Notes under the pieces: model-generated
What the model saw: only the letters and a program-made list of their open reading frames with translations
The model's database searches: none
What the model was told of the DNA's origin: nothing
Assembly (NCBI GenBank): GCA_023213395.1
Contig: CM041465.1
Span: 244,411,741 to 244,475,740 of the forward strand
DNA from: Cycas panzhihuaensis
Taxonomy: Eukaryota > Plantae > Cycadophyta
DNA: 64,000 bases
Reading direction: 5' to 3'
Shown: piece after piece, positions 14,654 through 26,351 of the stretch
Layout: every line of letters starts with the position of its first letter
How positions within the stretch are numbered: position 1 is the stretch's first letter
Made by a program: the position numbers and the translations under genes

Positions 14654-14848
14654 TTTATCTTTAGTTTTATCTAAAGGTAAGTTACCTTCAACTACACATG
14701 AATGCAACTTTACCTTTAGTTATACTTGATGGTAGCTTTACCTTTAGTTATATCTAAAGGTAGTTTTACCTTTAGTGTAATCTAAAGGAAAATTTACCTT
14801 TATTGTAATTCAAAGGTAAGTCTCCCTTTGGCATGATTTAAAGGTAAG
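14654..14848. repeat. Tandem array of seven 28-bp hairpin units (TACCTTTAG-N6-CTAAAGGTA)
   Basis: Units start at 14654, ~14682, 14709, 14737, 14765, 14793 and 14821. The two arms of each unit are reverse complements and the 6-nt loops vary. Confidence 0.9.
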
Positions 14849-15807
14849 TTACATAGTTGTTTATGACAAGAAAGTTTTAATGGATAGAAAAGAATTAGCT
14901 ATGTCAAGTTATTAAGTGTTTGGTTTGATCTTATTAGGAATGCATAACTGAATGGTAGTTGAACAAATGCAATTTTCAAGAGAATTTGACTTATGACCAT
15001 ATTATAGTCCAAGTTTTATGACTCTTAAATCAAGGCAAAAGGATTATTATATAATTATAAGTGTTAACTTATAAGATAGGTACCCTTTATAATTAAGTTT
15101 TGTACTTAGTCTTGGTCAAGTATTTGTGCCACTTTCAAAATAATTATTAACATTGTTAAAAGAGTTAGAATCATGTAAGAAAGGTTTTATAAATTTGGAT
15201 CTTACTTGGTTAAATAAATTATATCCTAAAAAACAGATAGCATAGTTGCAAGAGCTAGAATTATAAAAGGGTAATCTAATCCTAGGAATTACTACTTGTT
15301 GCCTACACTTTTTATTCAATAAATATAAATAGTTTATCTTTTATCATTCATAAATTTACATCCCTAATTTTGACAAGATATTTTTTAGAATTTATACCCC
15401 TTACAAGCATACTTGGTTATATAGTAATAGGAGGTTATGCTTAGTATTTACATGAGACATAACATTCCTTATTTATAATGGTTTAATGATGACTTTTAGC
15501 CTTACTTGTTCTTTGATTTTAAAATTTTACTCTTTTATAATGAATTCCATTAGATCTTATTATTTTACTTATATCATGAAAAGTAAACTAATGTATATTG
15601 TTTCTTATTTTGGGATCTATGCATAATATTTGACTCTCACGGTCATCAATATTATTAATTTTTTAAAATTAGCTCTCAAATATAGGGCTATTAGTTATTA
15701 ATGGTATACAATGAATACTTGGACCCATGTATATATTGAGGAATGGATTGATTTTAGTAATTATGCCTAATGTAACTCTAATATCTTTCCCTTATTAAGT
15801 ATGATCC

Positions 15808-18800
15808 TGTTGGGTGTAATATCCAATTACATAATAACCCTATGTAATATTTCTCTATATTCTTTGCATTTTGTATTAGAGGTTATGGGCCACATAAAGA
15901 TGTGTGCCACTTCTAGGTTGACCAATGAGGTTCTCTCATTAATTGTGAGCACATACTATAATTATATACCTATCATTCTTTCTAATTTGACTTTTGGCCA
16001 ATTCTCCATATTTGGTATTCTTTGTTATACATACTTCATTTATTTAAGCTTTATTTTCATATGTTCAACTCACCATTAGCTATGTTATGTATATTACGTT
16101 TTCAATTTCTAACATGGTATCAGAGCCCAAGGTTGAATCCGTAGAGGCATTTTTGTAAATCTTTAGTACATGTTATCCTTTCATTCTTGTTATTCTTTTA
16201 AGGAACCTATATTGTAACCTTCTCTTAAAGGTTCATTTTAAATCATTGGAACCCAACTTGGTGCATATTTTTAAGGGATTTTTTCTAGAACATTTAGAGC
16301 TATTTTTTGTCAATTTTTAGTCATTTCAAGGGGTTATTTTCTAATATTATTAAAAGACTATTAAGAGTTGTTAAAAGTTCTATATTTTAATGCTTTTTAA
16401 GGTTATTAAAGGTGTTTTGAAGCTATTGCAGATTAGCTACTCATGCGGGCCTAATTACCATGTAGAAATAATGTGTCTACTTCCAATAAGGAGGAGGTTT
16501 TTACACATGTGTAGTTGTTTTAAAGCAACTTCCTTGCTTTTTAGTGGGTATATTATAATGGAGATGCTTGTAGTAATTAAAGGAGTGTTTTTCAGTTATC
16601 TAGAAGTCAAAAAATAACTCAATATTTTTAAAAAATAAATTTATACTTAAGCAATTTTCTATGAGGATGTATTCTTTTATGGAAAAAAAAAAAATTATAT
16701 ATATGGCCTTCAATATTTGGCCTATATTTTATGTTTCGAAAAAAAAAAAAAAAAGGAGGACTAAATGTCGAAGTGTTGATAATGCAGATGTTGGTGTTAG
16801 TGGTTGTGATGGTGTTCGTCCTACCATATTGTTTAGTCCTTGCAAATGAGGTGTTGTAAAGAGTCTTCAAAGGTTTACTACCTTTAATCTAGTGTATTAT
16901 ATGGATCAACTACTATTTATGATATTCAATAGGTTACAGATTATGATGGAGAATAGGTTGAAAAGTATAAATCACTATTTTTCATTGATAAAAACCCCCT
17001 AGCTATGATTTTCGTACCCACCAAGTTAAAATCACCCTCATTCCCTTTGGCCCAAGCTAGGGTTGTATTGTCCTCCATAGGTCCAGCCCCTACATGGTCC
17101 AATGAAGGAAGCATGAGCCCCCTAAATGAGCCAAAGCCCCCTTTGGTGTTCTCAATATAATTTGTGATCCCTATACAGAGGGAGGTATCATTGTCTTTGT
17201 TATGAGAATTAAACGATGCATTGGATAACACTTTAGAAAAATTTGATTAATGCTTTATATTCCTCTCTTTCAAATTTTCCATTTCTGATTTAATATTTAA
17301 ATAATACTCTGAAGCTTATTACATTATTAAACATGCTTCCTACCTTGATGCCTTTATAATTTCACATAAAGCCTTTAATGTGGGAACTGTCAAATTTGGT
17401 TCTTAATAATAAGCAAGGACCTCAAGCTCCAATAAAATAGATTGCATCAGCTCTTCTAATAATGGAAAGATATCACGAGTTGCTCCAATGTAAGAAAGTA
17501 TGATAGTAAGTAGACTAGGTACATGAGGGATGAGGGCTAGATAATGGTGAAGACGATGGTGCTTGAGTAAATGTAAGAATGGTGGACTTGTAAACAATAA
17601 TGGTAGTTTAACCTGCCTTGTAAATCAATAGCAGCCACTCATAGAAAATCCATGGCATTGCCTGCATTGACTTGTTTCTTGTCGTGTTGACCTATAAACA
17701 TAATGGTGAATGGACCTATGTGATGCAACCTACAACAAAACCATGGAAGTCATCACCCTACAATGGCAAAAAAATATTTTTATTTGAAACCCTAAAATCT
17801 TAGGGTCTTCATGATATATTTTTATTATAATATCTTGGGCATATTTTTTTTAATGATGGCAACTATGATTGAAGCTTTAAATCCATTAAAATTTTTTTAT
17901 AAATTTAAAAAATAAATTAACTAAATTGGATATATGTTTTAGGTCTACTTAGCCCCCTAAATACTTAGCCCCTAGTCATATGGAGGTGCTACACCACTGA
18001 CAGCTAGCTAGTGAAAGGGACTAGCCCCCTATTTTCAGTTTTTATAGAGCACCTCATATGGCTTTAATCATAACTTGAGTTGGGAGGCTCTAATTTTACT
18101 CCCATCTATTTTGTTAGATTTGTAACAAAGAGATCTTTCTTTTGGAAAGTCATTTGACACTTATTGGAGTTATTTTGATGCAAATTTTTCAGTTTAAAGT
18201 TTAAAATTTTCATTAAATCTTCATCTTTCTTCATTTTTTTTAGCTTCTTTAGGCACATTCATGTAATTCTCAAGGTTCCATAATATGTGTAATATACCCT
18301 ATATGGAGAGGATAACATATACCAAAGATTAATTTTTTAGCTCTTGAGAACCTATTGAATTTTATTTTAAACTTTATTGTATGAGAGAGAGTCATTCATA
18401 TAATATTTTAGTCATCTCTATCATTTTTAAGTCATGTAAAAACATTTATTACTAGTTATTTTTCCCATAGAGGCATGATGTAAGCCCATGGTGGCATTAT
18501 ATAAAGCCCAAAGAGGTATTTATTTTATCCCATGTGGTGATTTGTAGCCATAAATCCACTTGAAGATAGCTTACGCTCCTATATGAGCAAGTGGTGGGAC
18601 CATTTAAGCTACTCTTGCTAGCACTGATGGTACCACGTACACAAAGGAATATCCTATTCAACTAGTGGCTATAATGGCTAGTGACTAATGCATTCTGGTA
18701 TATGGTATTCTCTTCATATGGACATCAGATGCTTCTCATATTGTTATAGAAGGTTATGTTTATTTAAAGACTTGGTATTTTTTATTTTGAGACTTCTTGC

Positions 18801-19372
18801 ATTCCCATACAAGTAAGAGGTAGGTCCATTTTATAATTACTCTTGCTTATACTAATTGAACCATGTATGCAAAGGAAGTTCCTACTCAACTGGTAATTAC
18901 AGCAGCTAGTGACTCATATATTCCAATAGATGGACTTCACTTTATATGGACATCAATAGCTTTTACCTTAAATGAAAAAGCATATGATCTAGTATACATT
19001 TGAAGACTTGAGATTTATTATTTGATATAACAATCCTTTATGTAATTGACTATTACAAGGGGGAATGTTGGGTGTAATACCCAATTACATAATAATCCTA
19101 TGTAATCTCTTTCTATATTCTTTATATTTTATATTAGAAGTTGTGGGCCACATGGAGATACGTGTCTCCTCTATGTTGGCCAATGAGGTTCTCTCACTAA
19201 TGGTGAGCATGTACTATAAGTATGTACTTATCATTCTTTTTAATTTGATTTTTAGACAATTCTCTATATTTGGTGTTATTTATTATACATACTTTATTTA
19301 TTTGAGCTTCATGTTTATATCTTTAACTCACCATTAGATATATTGTGTATATTACATTTTTAATTTCTAACA
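15808..19372 (+). mobile_element. Complete non-autonomous LTR retroelement, family A copy 1 (3565 bp, no gag or pol)
   Basis: 307-bp LTRs at 15808-16114 and 19066-19372 (TG..CA, ~85% identical). PBS tggtatcagagcc at 16115-16127, PPT acaagggggaa ending at 19065. Perfect TSD GATCC at 15803-15807 and 19373-19377. Internal ~170-bp direct duplication (~18630 and ~18860). Confidence 0.95.
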
Positions 19373-21019
19373 GATCCATAAGTTGATATAATATATGAAA
19401 AATACTTACTTTATCTCATACAATAGATATGTTTTTAATTATTTAATGTTATTATTTTTTCTCATAAATTGATGTTAAAAATATAATTTCTTAATTAAAG
19501 TAATTTCCTTTAATAGAGTGAACATATTCTATAAAGAAGATAATTAATAATTACATCTTCATAAATCCCTTTATAATGGCTTCATATTTCTCTAATTTAT
19601 CTTCTTAAGAGATCATATGTTCCTCTCTTCTTAATAGTTAATGAATAAAATATTTTCTATCAATGAAAATTATTTGTTTTATAGAATGAACATATTCTAT
19701 AAATAATATCAATTATTATACCTTCGTAAGTCTAGTCTAACTAGTTTCTAGACCAATTTATACTTCATAATAGTAACTTAATATCTTAATTCTCTAATTC
19801 ATTACAAAGTAGGGATAATTAAAAAGATCATTAATCATTAACCCGTGGAATGTATATATAAAGGATGGAACACGAAATCAATAATGTTCTCTTTGCTTAA
19901 TCAAGAATCTAAATGTTGATTTATTTATTTTTTTATCAACTACTATTTGTATATAGATGTTACTTGTTTTTAGTGACATGTTTCCTTTATCTAAAAGATA
20001 AATGTTTCATATTTAAGTATTCTAGATATGGATTTAAGATATGAAAAATAATATATCAATTTATAACAAATCCAATATCATAAAAACATAAATAATTTAG
20101 TAGTCTCCTTAGAAAGAATTAACTCATGGCAAACCATATTTACTTATAACATAATCTAAGCAACAATAACATAATAATCTTCTTATTAAAAAGCATTCCA
20201 AGTCTCACTCTAATAAAGATACATTATAAGAATGATAAGCTCATCAGCCCATATATCTTAGCTAGAAAAGCATTAAATAAAATGAGTGTTTAATTTGACA
20301 TAACACACCATTTATGAATAATTATGTATAGATATTAACTCAAGGAGGTCCATATCCCAGTAGTTATGAAAGCAAAATAAATTGTATGAAAATAATTTCT
20401 TATAGATGATGATCAATATCTAGATTAATTCTTACTAAGATAAAATTATCGGGTTTGATACTAAGCTCAAATATGTTATGCAATACAACAGTTATGAACC
20501 AAGAGTGGATCTAATAAGAAATAATAGTTGAATCAATGAAATACAAATGATATGAAATATGCATATAAGATGAGCACAATGAATTTTGGTGGAAGAATGG
20601 TCAATAATTAATTATTCAAAAGAATAGTATATATAGTTATAGAATATATCCATCTTACATAAAAGAATATAAAATTAGTTATTATATGCTTAGCATATAT
20701 TCTAGAAAATTTACTAACACACCTTTCAAGGTGCTTACAATCGAATAATCAAAAATATATGTGAGAGAGTAAGAGGGATAATATAGCATTTTATGTAATT
20801 ATATATTATGTCTAATATTCTCCCCCACAATATATAATTACATAAATAATAAATGTTACATTAAAAACCATTTCTTTTCTCTTCAAATTTGATGGAAATA
20901 AAGTTATTATAAGGAGGTTACTCTATCTTCAAGGCTTCTAAATCTTAGTGTCTATATGAAGATATAACCATCTACCAGCTTACATGGATAATCAATTATT
21001 GTAGCTGCAAGTTTGTTGG

Positions 21020-21720
21020 AAATACTATCAGATACGTAGTCTAGTCAGCAATATCATTAATAACTTCTTCTTAAGAACATGCCAAATTAAATGAGTTGAA
21101 TATCTATAAAAGGACTAAATTTTTATCCCACCTCTTTCTTAATGGGACTAGGTAGCTTCTTCAATAACTATTAGTTAGAATTATATAAAACATTAGTACT
21201 ATTGACTAAAATTACATCAAAAGTAGCCTCTTTAGCTTAACATCATCATCAAGAGTAGCATAAAAATTTTTTGCTTCCTAGTTAACTAGATTTAATATAC
21301 AAAAGACCATGACAAAATAAATTTTATGACTTAAGATGTGACCTAAATTAATAATAATAACTCTCTATTTTTACTTTTTGTTCTAATCTTTTGAGGTTCT
21401 CAAGAGCTTAAAATAAATCCTTTTTAGATTTTTTTAATAGATCTGTCATCCATGATATGTTTTTTAATATTTCTGTTAAGATTAATGGTATGGACTTTCA
21501 ATGAATATGATGCATCATTATTATAGATGCCTAAAATTTTAGGATCAAAGATCATTATAGTGAGAGCTTGTATTTTAATTTTTCTGAAAGCATTTAATAG
21601 AATCATTTATAATTCAAAATAAGTTTTGCGGATCCTTAGAACCATCCTGGTACAAAGGGATCTATTAATCTCATTAATGATTAATATATTTAGTATATAA
21701 GGGCCATAATTAAGAGTGCT
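21020..21720 (-). pseudogene. RT-connection plus RNase H remnant with no integrase following (caulimovirid-like or truncated Gypsy)
   Basis: One minus-strand frame gives LNYGPYI.N, AFRKIK, FDP, NDAS and RELLLLI. After frameshifts it gives KRW, IWHV and NDIAD. Order and spacing fit the RT thumb and RNase H. Confidence 0.55.
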
Positions 21721-22594
21721 TTACCTTGGTAAATTAACTATTAAGTAAGGCTTAACACATACCTTCCTAATTTAAGATAGAAGAAAAGTACCTAAGTCAT
21801 TATAATTTATTAAAGGTGCAAAGGAGCCATATATGGTAAGTGGGTAATAAGGCCATCGTTCATTAACTAGATTAGTTAGATAAGGTTAAGAGAATGCATT
21901 ATACTTGGGGTGGTACATTTTAGCTAACCATTTATGCATTATGATTTGGGAATTGATTTTAGTAAATTGTTAAGAAAAGGGGCAAAATTTAGGGGGCATA
22001 GAGATTAAAATTATTATTTCCCTTTATTAAAAGCACTTTAGGTCTTATTAGATACCCTTGTTCTTATGGTTGTGATGAATATTACCATTATGATATGGCC
22101 ATTACTTTTTAAGGGGTATCCCCATCAGTTGTTCTCCCTTCTTATCTTTCTATCTAAGGTTATTAGTATTTGGTCTATTATTAAATTTGGTATTTTGATT
22201 GGTGTAATTGCTTTGCCTATTATTATTTTCATGGTTATTTTGTTTATGATTCTTAATGTTCTTATTGGAATGATATTTAATGCTCTTCTCTTTTATGAGG
22301 AGAGATTTCAAAATTATCCATAAAATTAACATCATAGGTTAGTAGAGATATAAGTATGGTTTAGTAGGATGATTCACATTATTCATGATTTGGGCAAGTT
22401 AATTTAGTCAATGGTTAGTTATAGGGATGGAGTGGTAGAAATATACATAATAACATCATCATAATTAAGTCTAAATGCATCTTATAGGTGGAACTCTAGG
22501 ATAGAATCAATTTGTTATTCTCATTTTGGATGATCTCAATGGAAAGTGCCTTAATTGTAACTTATTTCTTATCAATAAGGTAGATTTGCAATAA

Positions 22595-22838
22595 CCCTCA
22601 TATGGGCTAACACAGTGGTATTAAAGGTAGGGTCTCACCTGAGAGACTCAAGTTCAAGTCTCATCAGAGATGAATGAATGTTTAGAGGATTTTATGGTGG
22701 TAAACTTTTGATAATGCTAGGCACGATTATATTTAGGTTTACTGTGATAGTGCAACACTACAGGTAGATAGTATTATCAAGAGAGGAGTAGTAGTGGCCA
22801 TAAGAATGTTGATACCTCTAGGTGATCTAAAATGTAAA
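22595..22838 (+). mobile_element. tRNA-derived SINE
   Basis: A-box-like taacacagtgg at 22608-22618 and B-box-like agttcaagtct at 22651-22661, with an A-rich tail. 18-bp TSD aaggtaga(tt/ga)tgcaataa at 22577-22594 and 22839-22856. Confidence 0.8.
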
Positions 22839-25800
22839 AAGGTAGAGATGCAATAAATCAAGAGTATAATTAGGTAAGAGGATTTGAATAAACCATTTCA
22901 AAACTTATGATTATTTAGCTAGATTCTTATACCTATGATAGATAAAATACTAGTCTTTAGTGTGCTAGGAAATGAAATTATTAGATTTTTATTTTCTAAG
23001 ATATGTTATCTCATAGTTGGGTGGTGCAGTAGTTTCAAAGAAACAATTGGATTTACGGAGAAATTATATAAATAAGATAATGGAAGTATCATCTAAACAA
23101 AGGAACCACATGTCCTTAGAGGGGGCATGAGAAGTGACATAGTTACAAGGACTCTTTTATATACCCATCAAAGGAATTGTAATGGATATATTTTAAGACA
23201 TGGTCCTTAAGACTTTATTCTTATAAAACATTGATTGTTAACATTTTATTAGAAATTTTGTAAGTAGGATTGCCTAATTAGGATCTTTCTCAATGGAATG
23301 AAAGAAAGTAACATAGATGATTTTATATTCAAATTCCCAAAAATAGAAATTAAATCATGGTGGATAAAGTTTGATTTGAAGCACTAATGTTAAAACCTAT
23401 AATGATGATTTTATGAACTTATAAAAACTCTTAAGTAAATGTATGAATAAAAGTATATGAAAGAGGTGTTCAAACCCCAGGCCTCTTATAGAAATAGGTG
23501 AGTATATTGTAATTACAACATGAACCCCATCATGGAGTAGCACAATATTGTGAGTGATGACTCAAGTAGAATTTAAAAGGATGGTCTATAAATTAGGGTT
23601 TGGATAAGCTTTTTATTAGCCTTTATGGTAGATTTTAGAATAAGATAGAGTGGTTATAAATAGGTTAATAATTACATAGGGTTTTGGCATGAAAAAACTA
23701 TATATATGAAGGATGTGATAAATATTCATATTAGGAATCAAACAAAGAGGGGAGTAGGGGGTGAAGAGGAGGGAGTGAACTACTTTTGAAACTAAAAAAT
23801 AAATGTAATGGGAGATGCCCTAATAGCTAAAAATTTACTTAAATTTTTCTATTTAGCCTTTTGTAAAGGCTTTGAAATTTAATAGCACAAATGGTAATAG
23901 AGGCAATATTATTACTAAAAAGTGGGCCATGAACTGAAAATAGCCATGGTTCTTATTGTCTTTGAAAAAAAATGTAATTTTATTTTGTAGATGCCTTTCT
24001 CTTTTCAAATATAAGTAAAAGAAAGGAAAGAAAGAGAAATCCTAAATGCAAAACTAAGGTCAACACTTATTTATAAAATAAATTAAGACCAATATAATTT
24101 CCACTTATTTCATAAAACAAGTAGGGAAAAACTTAATATGGTCATCACTTATTAAAGGTGTTTTAGTTCCTTATGATTAGACTTACTAAGAGGGTTTCCT
24201 TTCTTAAAAGAGTTTCAATATGATAACTTTAGGGAAAATTAATATGATTAATTAATTAGCATTCAAAAAATAATTAATATAAATAGTATGAAAAAGGGCA
24301 TGTATTAATAAAGAATAATATTTACAAAAGGAGAAATGCACGTTAAAGTAAGTTATCTTAACAACAAACAGAAGTATTGATATGGCACTAGGACTTCTTT
24401 GTTAATAAACTAAAAGTTGAAAAAAACAAGAAAAAAAGTGGGTGAAATGGTTGCCATCTAGTTAGAAGTGTCCCATGATTGTTTTAATCCCTATATAGGA
24501 ATCATAGCTACCGTGATATCATAATTCCCTTACAGAAGGAAATTTATACCTAAACGTTCTTACGTATGTTGGAATATATGAATTATTTATATATGTAATA
24601 TTTAATGTTATAATGAGTACACATACACAATCCTACTAATCACAAATTTTAAGAGATGTGAAAGACATATATATTCATGTAATTATATTATTAGATAATG
24701 TAAAGGTTCAAGAAATATTATAGGCTACTCATAAAGTAAATCTTGATATAAATATATATGCATACCACTTGAGAACTTGAGAGAAAGGAGATGTACTTAT
24801 TATAATAATAAAGAGGAACTCCCAACTCCACCTTCTTCTGTGGTTTTTTTCACACTGGGTTTTCCATATATAAATATCTTGTCTCTCTTATGGTGAATGT
24901 TTGTAATACTTATGATTACTTATGCGCACGCTTTATCTATTTGATACTTTATATTCATATTTATTCATTATGTATACATAACTCATGAGATTATTTTGCC
25001 ATTATATATGCATGATACATTTTATTATATTATACTGTACATTTCAAATATGGTATCATAGTTACAATTACAAATTCTACCATGGTATCTAAGCCATGGT
25101 TAGTTGAAAGATCATGTACAATAAGAAAAAAACATATATGAGTTGTTTGATGAACTAGTGACAGAGCTAATAATAAAGCCATGACATAACCTATATAGGA
25201 GTTAGATATAAGGTAATTTTAACGAGCTAGAAGTATTAATATGTCAATTATGCTAGTGATATATGATCAAGATCCAAGGGCCAGATGAATTTAAAGATGA
25301 TGAATAGAAGCCATATACAAATGATAGACAAAGCCATATACAAGAGATAAAGTAGATGCCGATAGTATGGTATATCTAATTATTGTGAATATTTATTAAA
25401 CATGTTGGTACCATATTCTTAAGAACATGTAGGTGTATTTAAAGTTTATCTACAATAGATTATTTAAGTAGGATTGATCACTCTATGAAAGTAACACATT
25501 AGTGAAAACGTTCATCATTCATTAGTGAAGACATTTGTGAGTGTCTTGCTAAAGGATTTATTATTACTAATGAACCATAATGAAGGCCTTTATGACTATC
25601 TTAGATCGATATTCACTTCTAAAATGAACCAATATCCCATTAGTAAAATAAGAAATAAGCAATAGTCATGTATAATATAATGAGAGGCATATTGATAGGT
25701 ATTTATGATAGGTCAAAAACTAAGACAAGTATGTGGCATAATTCATAATAAAAAGGTATGTTAATATGTGCATTTAATTTAATAATATAGGCAAAGAGAT

Positions 25801-26186
25801 GAAATTTATATGAATATGAGGGCATGATTGTATTAGATGTATTTATAATAACATCTACAATATTCAAGGTATATTACAAAGTTATTAACAATTGAATGAT
25901 TTGATGAAATATTATGAGGGAATATTATTGATGATGGTATGAAACAACATATGTAGTAATTTATGGAATATATGAGGGAATCAATTACACAAATATTGAG
26001 GGTAGACTATTAAGAAATTATGATTTAAAGATAAGTGTATATATGAATCTCCTTTAGTTGCACTCTCTAGACATGCCACATCATTTTACTTGCAATGAGA
26101 TAAAACTATGTATTAAGTGGAAGCTTAATGTTAGTGCACATATAAGAAAGGAAATTAGAGAGGAAAGACACATTATAATCCACCTT

Positions 26187-26351
26187 AAGTATTCTTTAAA
26201 GAATGTGAAAGAAGAAATATAACTTATATACAAATCTCATATTGATAAGATGACAATGATGAATGCTTAAGAGGCTACTAAAACTACTACTAAAGTAGTG
26301 GCTGAGGCAAAGTTAGTTATTGTAATAGCAAAATAAGTAATACGAGAAGGA
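26187..26351 (+). pseudogene. TRB: Captured fragment of a telomere repeat-binding factor (TRB/SMH family) coiled-coil region
   Basis: Translates KSHIDKMTMMNA*EATKTTTKVVAEAKLVIVIAK*VIRE. Reverting only C>T and G>A changes gives MNAQEAAEAAAKAVAEAELAIA.AEQAARE, which matches the TRB motif as I recall it (MTAQEAA.AAA.AVAEAE.A...AE.AA(R/K)E). Confidence 0.7.

Noticed and set aside
14654-14848. CRISPR array
   Set aside because: The variable parts are only 6 nt and related to each other, there are no cas genes, and the context is eukaryotic.
15801-16079. Duplicated 90-aa hydrophobic ORFs (with 19065-19337)
   Set aside because: They coincide with the two LTRs of element A and reflect T-rich non-coding sequence.
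23400-23560. Caulimovirid movement-protein motif (LHDG..V.I..RGLG)
   Set aside because: The spacing does not fit the motif as I recall it, so it is too weak to annotate.
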